64,000 bases of DNA from NCBI RefSeq assembly GCF_963921235.1, contig NC_086097.1:146198001-146262000 (forward strand). Direction: 5' to 3'. The stretch is from Mobula hypostoma (taxonomy: Eukaryota). The position numbers were made by a program, and so were the translations under genes. This document shows positions 47,300 through 60,545 of the stretch, piece by piece (positions within the stretch are counted from its first letter, which is position 1; each line of letters starts with the position of its first letter). The notes under the pieces are model-generated. The model was not told the origin of the DNA, did no database searches, and was given only the letters and a program-made list of their open reading frames with translations.

Positions 47300-48415
47300 A
47301 GAGTCATAGGAAAGTGCAGCACAGAAACAGGCTCTTCGGCCCATCTTGTCCATGCCCAACCATTTAAATTGCCTACCCTCACCGACCTGTACCAGGACCA
47401 TAGCCCTTCATACCCTTACCATCCATGTATTTATCCAAATGTCTTTTAAATGTTGAAATCAAGCTCACAAGCACTGCTTGTGCAGCCAGCTCATTCCACA
47501 CTCTCATGACCCTGAGAGCTTGCATTTACCCTATCTATACCTCTCATACGGCTGGTGGCGTAGTGGCATCAGTGCTGGACTGCGGGGCGGAGGGTCCAAA
47601 GTTCAAACCCAGCTTTCCATCCGTGTGGGGTTAAAAGTTGGTGATCTCTTTGAAAAAAAAACTCACCCGGCAGAAGGCAATGGCAAACTACTGCTGTAGC
47701 TTGCCTCGTACCTGAATTCCAACTACGTCAGAACAGCATGGGAGGAAGTCATTCGCTACCCGGAAAAATTCCGGATGCGACCTACATTATTATACCCCTC
47801 ATAATTTTGTATATCTCTATTACATCTCCTCTCAATCATCTACGTTCCAAGGAATAAAGTCCTAACCTATCCAATAGTTTAATACAGCTCAGCTCCTCCA
47901 GACCCGGCAACATCCTTGTAAATTTTCTGTGTACTCTTTCAGCCTTATTTACATACATCTTTCCTGTAGATAGGTGACAAGAACTGCACCAGTACCTTAA
48001 ATTAGGCCTCACCAGTGTCTTATACAACATCATCATAACATCCCATCTCCTGTACTCAATACTTCGATTTATGAAGGCCAATGTGCCAAACGCTTTCTTT
48101 ATAACTCTTATCAGTCTATGATGCCACTTTCGATAAGTTATGCACCTGCATCCCTAGATCCCTTTGCTCTACCGCACTCCTCGGTACCTTACCATTCACT
48201 GTGTAAGACCTACTGGGGGTGTGCAATACCTCGCACTTGACTGCATGAAATTCCATCTGCCTTTTTTAGCCCATTTTTCCAGCTGGTCCAGATTCTGCTG
48301 CAAGCCATGATAGTCTTCCTCACTGTCCACTACACCCGCAATACTGGTGGCATCCATAAATTTGCTGATCCATTTAACCACATTATCATCTAGATCATTG
48401 ATACTGATGACAAAG
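47300..48415 (-). mobile_element. 5'-truncated degenerate CR1 nested in the Tigger remnant
   Basis: Peptides INDLDDNVVKWISKF, AFINRSIEY, FTRMLPGLE close to the intact CR1 ORF2. Confidence 0.88.
47549..47790 (+). mobile_element. tRNA-derived SINE nested in CR1
   Basis: A box TGGCGTAGTGG, B box GTTCAAACC, RTE-like motif gaaggcaatggcaaac; 13-bp TSD with one mismatch (47536-47548 / 47791-47803). Confidence 0.78.
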
Positions 48416-49929
48416 ATCGTTGTTGATATAGATGAGTAGCTGAAAAAAATTACCTTATTGGACCAAATTAAAAGCCATTCACCTAACACCACTCATCGTC
48501 AGCTGACAGAGGTAGCACGAGTGCTGAAATCTACAATTGCATGCTTGCTACATCTGCAAGATAAAGTGCAGGATGGATGGACATTACATGAACAATAACA
48601 TGGAACATCACAAAAACGAAAGTTTGAAGGTAGGAATCCAAATGTTGAAGAGGACATCAATCACTGGTTTTCCATTGTCGCTAGATGAACTGAGTGTATG
48701 TGTGTTCCAATATCAAAACAAAACAAGTCAGAGGAGCTAGCTAAGAAGATGATCAAGAAGATTTTAAAGGTTGGCAGTCCAGGTGAAAATGTTGGCACAA
48801 CAGTAATTTCAAGAAAGCACACGGCAAGAAAGATAGTGCAGTGTTGAAACACGGAAATATACAAAACTCCCCAACTTGCTTCAAAATGTTGGGCAGATAT
48901 CTACAAGCCAATGAAACAGACTATTTTTTTTTATTGTGACATGGTTCCGCTCACTACAAACATGCGACATTATCCAGTTCAAAGAAAGCAATGGATTACG
49001 TAATAGATTGATTATCTGCATTATGCATCAGTACTGATCTTGTTCATTTACAGTCAATCAAAAGAACATGGCAGCATACACTGCATGAATTCCTCTATCA
49101 ATAAATGTTAGCAGCTAATAGTTTTATATTACTGTAGGAGTGTTGCCAGTGTTCTATTTTTTTCTGTATTTCATTTAAATACATAATTTGTTACTCAGTT
49201 AAATAGCAGCTTGTCTTTCTTATTCCTTTTTAGCTATTTTCATGAAACTTTAGCTAAATGGGGTAACTGCCTAATTGGGCCAAAATGTACTAGTCCCAAT
49301 TGTCCCAAGTAACCAGAAGAATTTTTATAACTTTTTTTTTGGTTAGGGTTATTGACATTATGAAATTCAGATTTTATTCTTTGAAAATTTGTAAGAGCCT
49401 TTTAACGTTCTAGAATTAAAACAAAATGTAATGTATTGGATCTCAACAACATAAATAATTCTTCTGATGTGGGAGGACAATGATAGATTTAACTAGAAGA
49501 AACATACGAAATCCTCAAGAAAGTAAAAAAAAATTCAAGTTGTTAACTTGTTTCAAACAAGAAAACGATATTCAAGAAATCAACTCTAAAGACTGAAAAT
49601 GCAAACAATCCTCTTCAATGAATGGCAGAATTGAACAAGAACAAAAAAAGTCATATCTCCAACAGAACCTTCAGAATTAGTTCAAGTCAATGAACAACAG
49701 CACCATCTCCATTATGTTCTAAAGGAGGCCCTTGCCCCAAACCAGAAATATAATTCCCCTTCCCTTGCAGGTCAGGCGAGACTGTTTCCATCTGTGCTCA
49801 CAGTACAAGAAAATAAAGGAAATACTTTAACCTAAAGTTACTGAAGACAAAATTCTTACCAGAGTAACCTGGAATACGATGACTTCTAATTAGAAAGATG
49901 AATAATATTTGTTTTCCTCAGCCTGAGTT

Positions 49930-50260
49930 AGACCATAAGACATAGGAACAGAATTAGGCCATCTGGCCCAGCGAGTCTGTTCCATCATTCAATCATGGCT
50001 GATCCCTTTTTTTCCCCCTTCTCCTCAACCCCAGTTCCCTGCCTTCTCCCTGTAACCTTTGATGCCATGTCCAATCAAGAACCTATCAATCTCTGCCTTA
50101 AATACAGCCAATGACCTGGCCTCTCCAAAGCTGCATGTAGCAACAAATTCTACAAATTCATCACACTTTGGCTAAAAAAAATTCTCAGAATCTCTGTTTT
50201 GAAAGGTTCTGACCATCTACCCTATTTATGCCCATCATAATTTTTATAAACCTTTAAAAG
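49930..50260 (-). mobile_element. CR1 3' fragment (second subfamily)
   Basis: agaccataagacataggaacagaattaggcc end shared with 9823 and 55212. Confidence 0.75.
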
Positions 50261-50361
50261 GTCAAATTAGGCATGGATATTTGTGAAAAGTAATAGATTA
50301 AAACACTTACATTATTTTCCATCATCTTCTTTTAGGGAAACTTTGTGACACAGCGACAATA

Positions 50362-53300
50362 ATAGAACATAGAACATAGAATAGTACAGCACAGTACAGG
50401 CCCTTCGGCCCACAATGTTGTGCCGACCCTCAAACCTTGCCTCCCATATAAGCCCCCACCTTAGATTCCTCCATATACCTGTCTAGTAGTCTCTTAAACT
50501 TCACTAGTGTATCTACCTCCACCACTGACTCAGGCAGTGTATTCCACGCACCAACCACTCTCTGAGTAAAAAACCTTCCTCTAATATCCCCCTTGAACTT
50601 CCCACCCCTTACCTTAAAGCCATGTCCTCTTGTATTGAGCAGTGGTGCCCTGGGGAAGAGGTGCTGGCTATCCACTCTATCTATTCCTCTTATTATCTTG
50701 TACACCTCTATCATGTCTCCTCTCATCCTCCTCCTCTCCAAAGAGTAAAGCCCTAGCTCCCTTAATCTCTGATCATAATGCATACTTTCTAAACCAGGCA
50801 GCATCCTGGTAAATCTCCTCTGTACCTTTTCCAATGCTTCCACATCCTTCCTATAGTGAGGTGACCAGAACTGGACACAGTACTCCAAGTGTGGCCTAAC
50901 CAGAGTTTTATAGAGCTGCATCATTACATCGCATCTCTTAAACTCTATCCCTCGACTTATGAAAGCTAACACCCCATAAGCTTTCTTAACTACCCTATCC
51001 ACCTGTGAGGCAACTTTCAGGGATCTGTGGACATGTACCCCGAGATCCCTCTGCTCCTCCACACGACCAAGTATCCTGCCATTTACTTTGTACTCTGCCC
51101 TGGAGTTTGTCCTTCCAAAGTGTACCACCTCACACTTCTCCAGGTTGAACTCCATCTGCCACTTCTCAGCCCACTTCTGCATCCTATCAATGTCTCTCTG
51201 CAATCTTTGACAATCCTCTGCACTATCTACAACACCACCAACCTTTGTGTCGTCTGCAAACTTGCCAATACACCCTTCTACCCCCACATCCAGGTCGTTA
51301 ATAAAAATCATGAAAAGTAGAGGTCCCAGACCAGATCCTTGTGGGACACCACTAGTCACAATCCTCCAATCTGAATGTACTCCCTCCACCACCACCCTCT
51401 GCTTTCTGCAGGCAAGCCAATTCTGAATCCACCTGGTCAAACTTCCCTGGATCCCATACCTTCTAACTTTCTGAATAAGCTTACCATGTGGAACCTTGTC
51501 AAATGCCTTACTAAAATCCATATAGATCACATCTACTGCACTACCCTCATCTATATGCCTGGTCACCTCCTCAAAGAACTCTATCAGGCTTGTTAGACAC
51601 GATCTGCCCTTCACAAAGCCATGCTGACTGTCCCTGATCAGACCATGATTCTCTAAATGCCGATAGATCCTATCTCTAAGAATCTTTTCCAACAGTTTTC
51701 CCACCACAGACGTAAGGCTCACTGGTCTATAATTACCCGGAATATCCCTACTACCTTTTTTGAACAAGGGAACAACATTCGCCTCCCCCCAGTCCTCCGG
51801 TACCATTCCCGTGGACAACGAGGACATAAAGATCCTAGCCAGAGGCTCAGCAATCTCTTCTCTTGCCTCGTGGAGCAGCCTGGGGAATATTCCGTCGGGC
51901 CCCGGGGACTTATCTGTCCTAATGTATTTTAACAACTCCAACACCTCCTCTCCCTTAATATCAACATGCTCCAGAACATCAACCTCACTCATATTGTCCT
52001 CACCATCATCAAGTTCCCTTTCATTGGTGAATACCGAAGAGAAGTATCCATTGAGGACCTCGCTCACTTCCACAGCCTCCAGGCTCATCTTCCCACCTTT
52101 ATCTCTAATCGGTCCTACCTTCACTCCTATCATCCTTTTTTTCTTCACATAATTGAAGAATGCCTTGGTTTTCCTTTACCCTACTCACCAAGGCCTTCTC
52201 ATGTCCCCTTCTTGCTCTTCTCAGCCCCTTCTTAAGCTCCTTTCTTGCTTCCCTATATTCCTCAATAGACCCATCTGATCCTTGCTTCCTAAACCTCATG
52301 TATGCTGCCTTCTTCCACCTGACTAGATTTTCCACCTCACTTGTCACCCATGGTTCCTTCACCCTACCATTCTTTGTCTTCCTCACCGGGACAAATTTAT
52401 CCCTTACATCCTGCAAGAGATTTCTAAACATCGACCACGTGTCCACAGTACATTTCCCTGCAAAAACATCATCCCAATTCACACCCGCAAGTTCTAGCCT
52501 TATAGCCTCATAATTTGCCTTTCCCCAATTAAAATTTTTCCTGTCGTCTTTGACTTTATCCTTTTCCATGATAATTATAAAGGCCAGGGAGCGGTGGTCA
52601 CTGTCCCCCAGATGCTCACCCATTGAGAGGTCTGTGACCTGACCCGGTTCATTACCTAGTACTAGATCTAGTATGGCATTCCCCCGGTCGGCCTGTCCAC
52701 GTACTGTGACAGGAATCCATCCTGGACGCACTTAACAAATTCTGCCCCATCTAAACCCTTGGAACTAATCAGGTGCCAATCAATATTAGGGAAGTTAAAG
52801 TCACCCATGATAACAACCCTGTTATTTTTGCACCTTTCCAAAATCTGCCTCCCAATCTGCTCCTCTGTATCTCTGCTGCTACCAGGGGGCCTATAGAATA
52901 CCCCCAGTAGAGTAACTGCTCCCTTCCTGTTCCTGACTTCCACCCATATTGACTCAAAAGAGGATCCTGCTATATTACCCACCCTTTCTGTAGCTGTAAT
53001 AGTATCCCTGACCAGTAATGCCACCCCTCCTCCCCTTTTTCCGCCCTCTCTATCCCTTTTAAAGCACTGAAATCCAGGAATATTGAGAATCCATTCCTGC
53101 CCTTGTGCCAGCCAAGTCTCTGTAATGGCCACTACATCATAATTCCATGTATGTATCCAAGCTCTCAGTTCATCACCTTTGTTCCCGATGCTTCTTGCAT
53201 TGAGGTACACACATTTCAGCCCTTCTACCTTACTACCTTTACACTGTTTATTCTGCTTCTCTTTCCTCAAAGCCTCTCTGTATGTTAGATCTGGCTTTAC

Positions 53301-54385
53301 TCCATGCACTTCTTTCATTGCTCTATCGCTCTGGGTCCCATCCCCCTCGCAAATTAATTTAAACCCTCCCGAACCATGCTAGCAAACCTACCTGCAAGGA
53401 TATTTCTCCCCCTCGAGTTCAGGTGCGACCCATCCAATCTGTACAGGTCCCACCTTCCCCAGAAGAGATCCCAATGATTCAAAAATCTAAAACCCTGCTC
53501 CCTGCACCAACTCCTCAGCCGCGCATTCAACTGCCATCTCCTCCAATTTTTACCATCTCTGTCACATAGCACTGGCAGCAATCCTGAGAATGTCACCCTT
53601 GAGGTCCTGTTCTTCAGCCTTCTGCCTAATTCCCGAAACTCACACTTCAGGACCTCATCCCTCTTCCTGCCTATGTCGTTGGTCCCAACATGTATCATGA
53701 CTTCTGGTTGCTTTCCCTCTCGTACCAGGTTGTCATGCACCCGGTCAGAGACAGCCCGGACCCTGGCACCCGGGAGGCACCAAACCATGCGGGTATCCTT
53801 CTCACGTCCACAAAATCTCCTGTCTGCTCCCCTGACTATAGTGTCTCCAATGACAGCTCTCCTCTTCTCTGTCCCACCCTTCTGCACCACAGGGTCAGAC
53901 TCAGTGCCGGAGGCCCTGCCACCGTGGCTCACACCTGGTCGGTTGTCCCTGCCAACAGTATCCAGGATGGTAAGCTTATTATTCAGGGGAATGGCTACAG
54001 GGGTGCTCTGCACTACCTGTCTGCTCACCTTCGCTTTCCCCCCTCTGACTGTCACCCAACAACCTGCTTCCGACAGCCTAGGTGTGACTACCTCCCTGTA
54101 GCTCTGATCTATGACTGCCTCATTCTCCCTTATGAGTCAAAGGTCATCCAACTGCTGCTTCAGATTCCTTACACGGTCTTCCAGATCGCCCAGCCGTATG
54201 CACTTCTGGCAGATGGGGGAGAGGGGCGTTCCCCCAAGACTGCCACATCTCACAGGAGAGGCACATCACCGTCTCAGGAGACATTGTAAAAACTAACTGC
54301 GAGCGAGCTCATCCTCCGCCTCTTCTCATCGAAGCCTTTCGAGTCAAAGCCTCAAAGCTCCACTCCTTCACTGGCCCACTCACGC
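50362..54385 (-). mobile_element. Near full-length CR1, inactivated
   Basis: ORF1 esterase part 53354-54055 (zinc-finger part disrupted); ORF2 in three pieces (52668-53318, 52105-52731, 50430-52148) with frameshifts near 52680 and 52165; (TTCTATG)n tail. Confidence 0.93.
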
Positions 54386-54939
54386 ACGCAAGGAGAATGT
54401 AAGGAAATACAATGAAAATGAAACAAGAATTTAAGATTGTTACGTCATTTCCTTCAAGACAAGTCTACCATTACGTCTATTTTATGCAATTATGTTTCCG
54501 TGCATTAGGTAAAGCACTGTGACAAATATATGTTCTACTTGAGATCCCACAGATGGACTCCTATCATTATTATGTTTATGAAATCCTGTGGATACTTTCC
54601 TATACATTTCATGAATATCTACAGTATTAGTTGCCTTAAAAACAAAGGAAAGTACACCATCATACATATATCACGCATTGGCTAATTTCAGTCACATAAA
54701 ATAAAGAATTCCTCTGACTCATTGTACTAGGCTCTGATGACATCCTGTGTTCAAATTACTAATACAGAATTACTCAATAATCTTTTTAAAGCCAATTTCT
54801 GATCCAATTTTTCTTTTGACAAATTGACATATTGTTTCCTGCAAATGAACATGAGCTAAAAGTTAAAATGCAGTGTAGTTCTGAAGAGGTTGCAGTCAGT
54901 GCTGCTCAAATTCAGGCCATTCTTCAAAATCATGTAGCA

Positions 54940-55030
54940 TCACATTCGTGTGCTCATAGTGAAGTTTCCTTCAGCATCTGCTGCAGACTGATGGCATGCA
55001 TTTTCTACATCACTTTTGCCATTCACTTCC
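54940..55030 (-). CDS. SLC22 transporter, terminal coding exon
   Basis: Acceptor ttgtctctag; phase matches the upstream exon (AT|G); encodes EVNGKSDVENACHQSAADAEGNFTMSTRM*, ending in an SLC22-like PDZ-binding tail. Confidence 0.7.
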
Positions 55031-55211
55031 CTAGAGACAACGTAAAGCAGTTAATCAACTGCATAACAAGGCATTAACAGATTAAAGGTGATCTAAAGAG
55101 AAGTTTGCATTCTAAGGTTAAAGATCTCCTCTGATAACCTTAATGATTGGAAAAAGACAGTATGTGGCATGTGACTCCAGTAAAATAAACATCTTTATGT
55201 AAATATATGCT

Positions 55212-56092
55212 TAGACCATAACACCATAAGACATAGGAGTAGAATTAGGCCACTCATCCCCATCAATCATGGATCATATTAACCCTCTCAACCCTATTTT
55301 CCTGGTGTCTTCCTGTAACCTTTGACAACCTTACAAATCAAGAACCGATCAATCTCTGCTTTAAATATACCCAATGACTTCACCTGCAGAGCCATCAGTG
55401 GCAATGAATTCCACAGATTAACCCACTCTGGCTCAGGAACTTCCTCCTCATCACTGTTTAAAAGAGATGTCCTTCTAATTTGAGGCTGTGTCCTCTGGTC
55501 CTACACTCTCGCACTATTTCAAACATTTTTCCATGTCCCCTCTAACTGGGTCTTTCAATATTCAAACAGGTTTCAATGTGATCGCCCCGTCATTCTTCTA
55601 AATTCTAGTGAATACAGGCCCAAGACCATCTAACGCTCCTTGTCAATTAACCCTTTCATTCCTGGGATCATTCTCATAAACCTACTTTGGACTTTCTCCA
55701 ACGTCAACACATCCTTCCTCAGATAAGTTGCCCAAAACTGCTTACAGTACTCCAAATGCCTTATAAAACCTAAGGATTATATCTTTGCTTTTATATTATA
55801 GTCCTCTTCAAATGAATGCCTACATTGCATTTATCTTCCTTACTACTGATTTTTTCTGCAAGCTAATCTTTAGGGAATCTTGCACAAGGACTCCCAAGCT
55901 CCTTTGTACCCCTGATTTCTGAACTCATTCCCCATTTAGAAAATAGTCTACGCCTTTATTCTTTCTACTAAAGTGTATGACCATACACTTCCCTATACTG
56001 TATTCCATCTGCCACTTCTTCACCCATTCTTCTAATCTGTCCAAATTCTTCTGCAAACTCTCTGCATTCTCAACACAACCTGCCCCACCCAT
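55212..56092 (-). mobile_element. 5'-truncated degenerate CR1 (second subfamily)
   Basis: LQKNLDRLEEWVKKWQMEY..KCMVIHF; 3' end (rc) agaccataacaccataagacatagg. Confidence 0.85.
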
Positions 56093-57169
56093 TTTAGGAG
56101 CTTTGAGATTATTAGCAATACACATATTTTTGTGATAATCTGGTCAGATCATCAATCTTCATGATGATAGATCCTAATTACCTTTTGGAAACCATTCCTT
56201 CACTCACTAATGACATTTTTGTTCCAAAAAGAAAGTAATGGGAAAAAAAATGACCCCGGAACTACTATTGATTATTTTTTTGCTTCGTGTAATTTACTTA
56301 AATCAACATCATACAGAGATTTAAGGGAAAGTATTTCAAATACAAATCAAGCTTTTCCAGTCTTTGTTAGAGATCAGCATTACTCACAAAATCGGTATAA
56401 TCCTAAGGCATGAATGCATCACTATTGGTAGCTTCAACTACTGCAATAAACTTTGCACACCTTTAGTTTTAAAAGTTAAATTTGTTTTTTTTTGTGGGAG
56501 CGGAACAAGGATACTAATAAAATGTTTTAAAAGCTTTTGACTGTCATATTATTAATTTTTTTTTCCAAGGAACAGGCTTTTCCACTAAGCTTTCAAACTG
56601 TTTTGGTAATTTAAAGTAAGGTTACTTATAAGCAATGGATTAAAATATTGCTATAACAATATTTATAATAATTTTCAGCTATCTTAATCAAATTGAACAC
56701 ATATCAAGAAAACTATTGTAACGCAAAATCTTTAGTCTTTATATTTTTAAACACAATGCAATAGTGCTGGCTTATTGCAGAACTTGCAATTCATGATATG
56801 CAAATATATTTCACTGAAAATCAAAGTTCTCAAAATTGGTATAATAGTCCAGAGTACAAATTCAGCCCCTACACACCAGACTGATAAATAATAATTATAA
56901 CTTGGGGAAGTCAAACCTGACATCACAGCTTTCTTTGTAAAGAAAATTTTCTATCCAAATGAGGAAGTTCTCTTATATTCACCTGCCAAACATTCTTTAA
57001 TGGATTTAGTTTAGCTTCTAATTGTAGCAGAGCCAAAAATTGTAATTCACGGGTGCGCTAGAAAGGCACTGCAGCAGTAAGTAAATGACCAATTCAAGAG
57101 ACTGGGAGTTGGATATCTTGATTTGAAGCAAGGCTAATTCATTCTCCTTTCTGAAGATGAGCTCCAGAG

Positions 57170-57750
57170 GCACGTAAAGGCGGATCGGAGTGATGATGGT
57201 GCTAAACGGCGGCTCCTTTGTTTGCATCTTCGGAAACAGCTCTATTTCCATCTTTAATATCTTTACTTTTCCCTTTCAGGGTTTGTTTGAAGACCCCGAC
57301 CTGGAATTACACGCTGACTACGGTTCTTTGCGGGAATGGGACCCACTCTCGGGGTTTCATGACTGGCTGTTCGGCATGGCAAAGGCTCGGCCTAAGTATT
57401 AGGGAGAGAGAGAGCCTGTGGTATGTCGAATGCCAGGTGAACAATGTAGTCCTTGGGGTAACTACAAGTCTGCGTCTTTACTGTTGCTTTGCTCACGCTT
57501 GAGTATTTGCTGGCGGGCGCTGATGCGCTTTTTTTTGTTGGTGGGGGGTGCAGGGAGGGGGGATTGTTGCTTGCTGCCACTTTCGCACAGAAAGGGGGGA
57601 GCTGGGGGGTACTTTGGGCTTTTAACATTTGTCTGTCGTTCATTCTCTGGGGCACACTTCTGTTTTCGTGGATGGTTGTGAAGAAAAAGCATTCCAGGAT
57701 GTATATTGTATACATTTCTCTCACATTAAATTGTATCTTTGTACCTTTGA
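57170..57750 (+). mobile_element. Non-autonomous retroelement (probable)
   Basis: CpG-richer 5' part; 3' end aagaaaaagcattccaggatgtatattg...attaaattgtatctttgtacctttga resembles the LINE-type tails at 245-320 and 43803-43866. Confidence 0.45.
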
Positions 57751-57901
57751 GATTAGCAGCTTGATTGAGCTTGTGCAGTAGCAAGAAGGGTTGGGACTGA
57801 GAGTGAGATATTAGGATTTGGACAACAAGGTTGATGGTGATTGGAGAACACAGAAAGAAAAGTTGGGACTTGCGGCTCAAAAATGGGAAGGAGAAATGGG
57901 A

Positions 57902-58013
57902 AACGAGAGAATCTGCAGATGCTGGAAATCCAAGCAACACACACAAAATGCTGGAGGAACTCAGCAGGCCAGACAGCATCTATGGAAAGAAGTACAGTTG
58001 ATGTTTTGGGCCA
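57902..58013 (-). repeat. Solo Penelope pLTR unit
   Basis: rc pLTR consensus; flanked by AGAAATGGGA at about 57892-57901 and 58014-58023. Confidence 0.7.
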
Positions 58014-58668
58014 AGAAATGGGATTTGATTTGAGGTGTGTTTCAAGAGGACTCTTTGTACATCAGCTGTGGACTCCAGCTACTTCCTCACTTACTGCCAA
58101 TCAACAATTAATAAGAATCTCAATTGTGGGTGAATTTGGTCACCAATTAATCTGTTTTCATTGGTGATGGCTGTTGGCAAGAAGGAACAATCCCTGACTG
58201 GAGGGGATTCTAGTCCTGAAATGATGTATTATCTTAGAACCTCTTATATTCCAAATTGGAACTTCCACTGAAGAGAAAGATAAAGCAGACTAGTATCTCA
58301 TATTCTTGACAAAAAAAAATGAATAGCTCAAGATGACCATGCTACAGTCAGATGTGGTTTAGCCATTGCTGATTCTCATTATAATTCAATGCAGTACAAT
58401 ATTCTGGGAGGTCAATAGCTGTTGACTGTTTTCTTTTGAATAGAACATTCAACCAAGACAAGTGTTAGTCATCTCATGTAGACACAAAAAATGATACTTT
58501 AGAGGCACTTAATAAATAAAACAATTTTTGAACCTTCCCAAGATCGGTAAGAGCACTATGTAATTTCAGATTCTATTTTCCCTTCTTACTGATCATAAAT
58601 GCTGGGTTGGAATATTAAACTGTGACCAAATGGGGCCAAGCTCATAGCTTAATTAAAACAGTACTAAC

Positions 58669-58878
58669 ATTTTAACATTTCCAAGTTGTCTAGTGTGATC
58701 CGGCAATTCTTTGTTGGCAGTTTCAGGCAGCAGGAGGCTCAGGGCACTGGTGATTATGGATGTGATTCCAAATAAGATCAAGGAGATACCTGGATAGTCC
58801 TGTTCCAAAATCATAATCAAGGGAACAATCGTGCCACCTAACCGAGCAAATATGGACACCAAACCAATGCCACTCTGC
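58669..58878 (-). CDS. SLC22 organic ion transporter (SLC22A13-like by presumed synteny), penultimate exon
   Basis: (R)QSGIGLVSIFARLGGTIVPLI...LLLPETANKELPD (TM11-12 and PET motif); AG acceptor and GTTAGT donor; phases consistent. Confidence 0.88.
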
Positions 58879-59147
58879 CTGCATTAGCAAAAGAAGGAGC
58901 TATAAACTTGTCAGCAATACAATCTTTTTCTCATACACTGTTCATTTTTATGGCTGACAATCATTTCTAAAGAATTTTTTTCTATCATCATAGGTGTCAG
59001 TTAAAATGAGACCATGCAACATAAACAGTTTATTCTCTTTGGAAATTTGGAGTTTAAATGCTTAACTGTTTATTCTTCTACATTTGTTGTTTCATTACTT
59101 GATCACTGATTTCACAGGTTGCAAAGAATAAATAAAATGTGAAAGTA

Positions 59148-59658
59148 CACTCAGTGGCTAATTTATTAGGTACCTCCTGCATCTAATAAAGTGGCTACTG
59201 ACTGTATGTTCATGATCTTCTGCTGCTGTGGCCTGTCCACTTCAATGTTGGATGTGTTGTGCATTCAGAGATGCTCTTCTGCACACCATTGTTGTAACAC
59301 ATGGTTAGTTGAGTTTCTGTCACCTTCCAGTCAGCTTGAACCTGTCTGGCCATTCTCCTCTGACCTCTCTCATTGACATTTTCTCCCATAGTACTGCTAA
59401 TCACTGGATTTATTTATTCTTTTTGTTTTTCGCACCAGGTGATCAGCAGTTACTGAGAAATTTAAACCACCCCATCTGATAGCAACAATGATTGCACAGT
59501 CAAAGTCACTTAGATCACGTTTCTTCCCCAATCTGCTGTTTGGTCTGAACAACAGCCGAACCTCCTAGGCATTGGGTTTCTGCCACCTGACTGGCTGATT
59601 AGATATTTACATTAATGAGCAAGTGTACAGGTGCACCTCATAAAGTGGTCACTGAGTG
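59148..59658 (-). mobile_element. Internally deleted Tc1/mariner transposon
   Basis: TA-flanked TIRs cactcagtggctaatttattaggtac / gcacctcataaagtggtcactgagtg; transposase HTH fragment RGQRRMARQVQAD...SISECTT. Confidence 0.85.
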
Positions 59659-59977
59659 TAGGTTTCATTGTGATTCTAAATTCAGTGGAATATCTTGAAA
59701 TGCAAATCGTGAATAGTAAGGTGAAGTAAAGCAATTGGGAGTTTAAAAAATATTTGCTCACATATTGGTAAAAATAAGCAGTTAATAAGCTTCAATATGA
59801 AAGAAAAATTTAATAAATAGAAGGATTAGGTCATTCAAGCCTTCAGGACTTACTCATCTTAAATCCACCTTCTTACACAATTCCTTTATTCCTTACATTG
59901 CCCATGATTTGCCACCCATTAGCACTCAGGGTTCTGAGACATAAAATGCCATTTTAATAGTATACTCATAAGGAAGT

Positions 59978-60545
59978 CAGAATCAGGTTTACTATCACCA
60001 GTGTATGATGTGAAATTTGTTAACTTACCAGCAGGATTTCAATACAATACATAATCTAGCAGAGAAAAAATAATAATAAACAAAATAAAAATAATAAATA
60101 AACAAGTAAATCAATTATGTATATTGAATAGATTTTAAAAAGTGCGAAACAGAAATACTACATATTATAAAAGGTGAGGAAATGTCCAAAGATTCAATGT
60201 CCATTTAGGAATCGGATGGCAGAGGGGAAGAAGCTGTTTCTGAATCGCTGAGTGTGTGCCTTTAGGCTTCTGTACCTCCTACCTGATGGTAACAGTGAGA
60301 AAAGGGCATGCTCTGGGTGCTGGAGGTCCTTAATATTGGACGCTGTCTTTCTGAGACACCGCTCCCTGAAGATGTCCTGGGTACTTTGTAGGCTAGTAAC
60401 TAAAATGGAGCTGACTAGATTTACAATCGTCTGCAGCTTCTTTCGGTCCTGTGCAGTAGTCCCTCCATACCAGACAGTGATACAGCCTGTCAGAATGCTC
60501 TCCACAGTACAATTGTAGAAGTTTTTGAGTGTATTTGTTGAAAGT
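59978..60545 (-). mobile_element. Rex1/Babar-type LINE 3' end
   Basis: NFYNCTVESILTGCITVWYG...LFSLLPSGRRYRS...RFRNSFFPSAIRFLN; 3' UTR ending aaacctgattctgac. Confidence 0.85.

Larger units (their letters stand above)
46913..49318 (+). mobile_element. Tigger/pogo-like DNA transposon remnant, split by CR1
   Basis: TA + cagtggattccagttaattggg left end and partial inverted right end cccaagtaaccagaa; decayed CENP-B-type HTH peptide QKRKFEGRNPNVEEDINHWFSIV at about 48610-48680. Confidence 0.65.

Noticed and set aside
47549..47615. tRNA gene
   Set aside because: A/B boxes belong to a SINE head; no complete cloverleaf, and the unit is TSD-flanked
50340..54400. TSD for the second long CR1
   Set aside because: No convincing direct repeat found at the flanks
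57392..57979. 195-aa - strand ORF
   Set aside because: Runs across a pLTR and a retroelement remnant within an SLC22 intron
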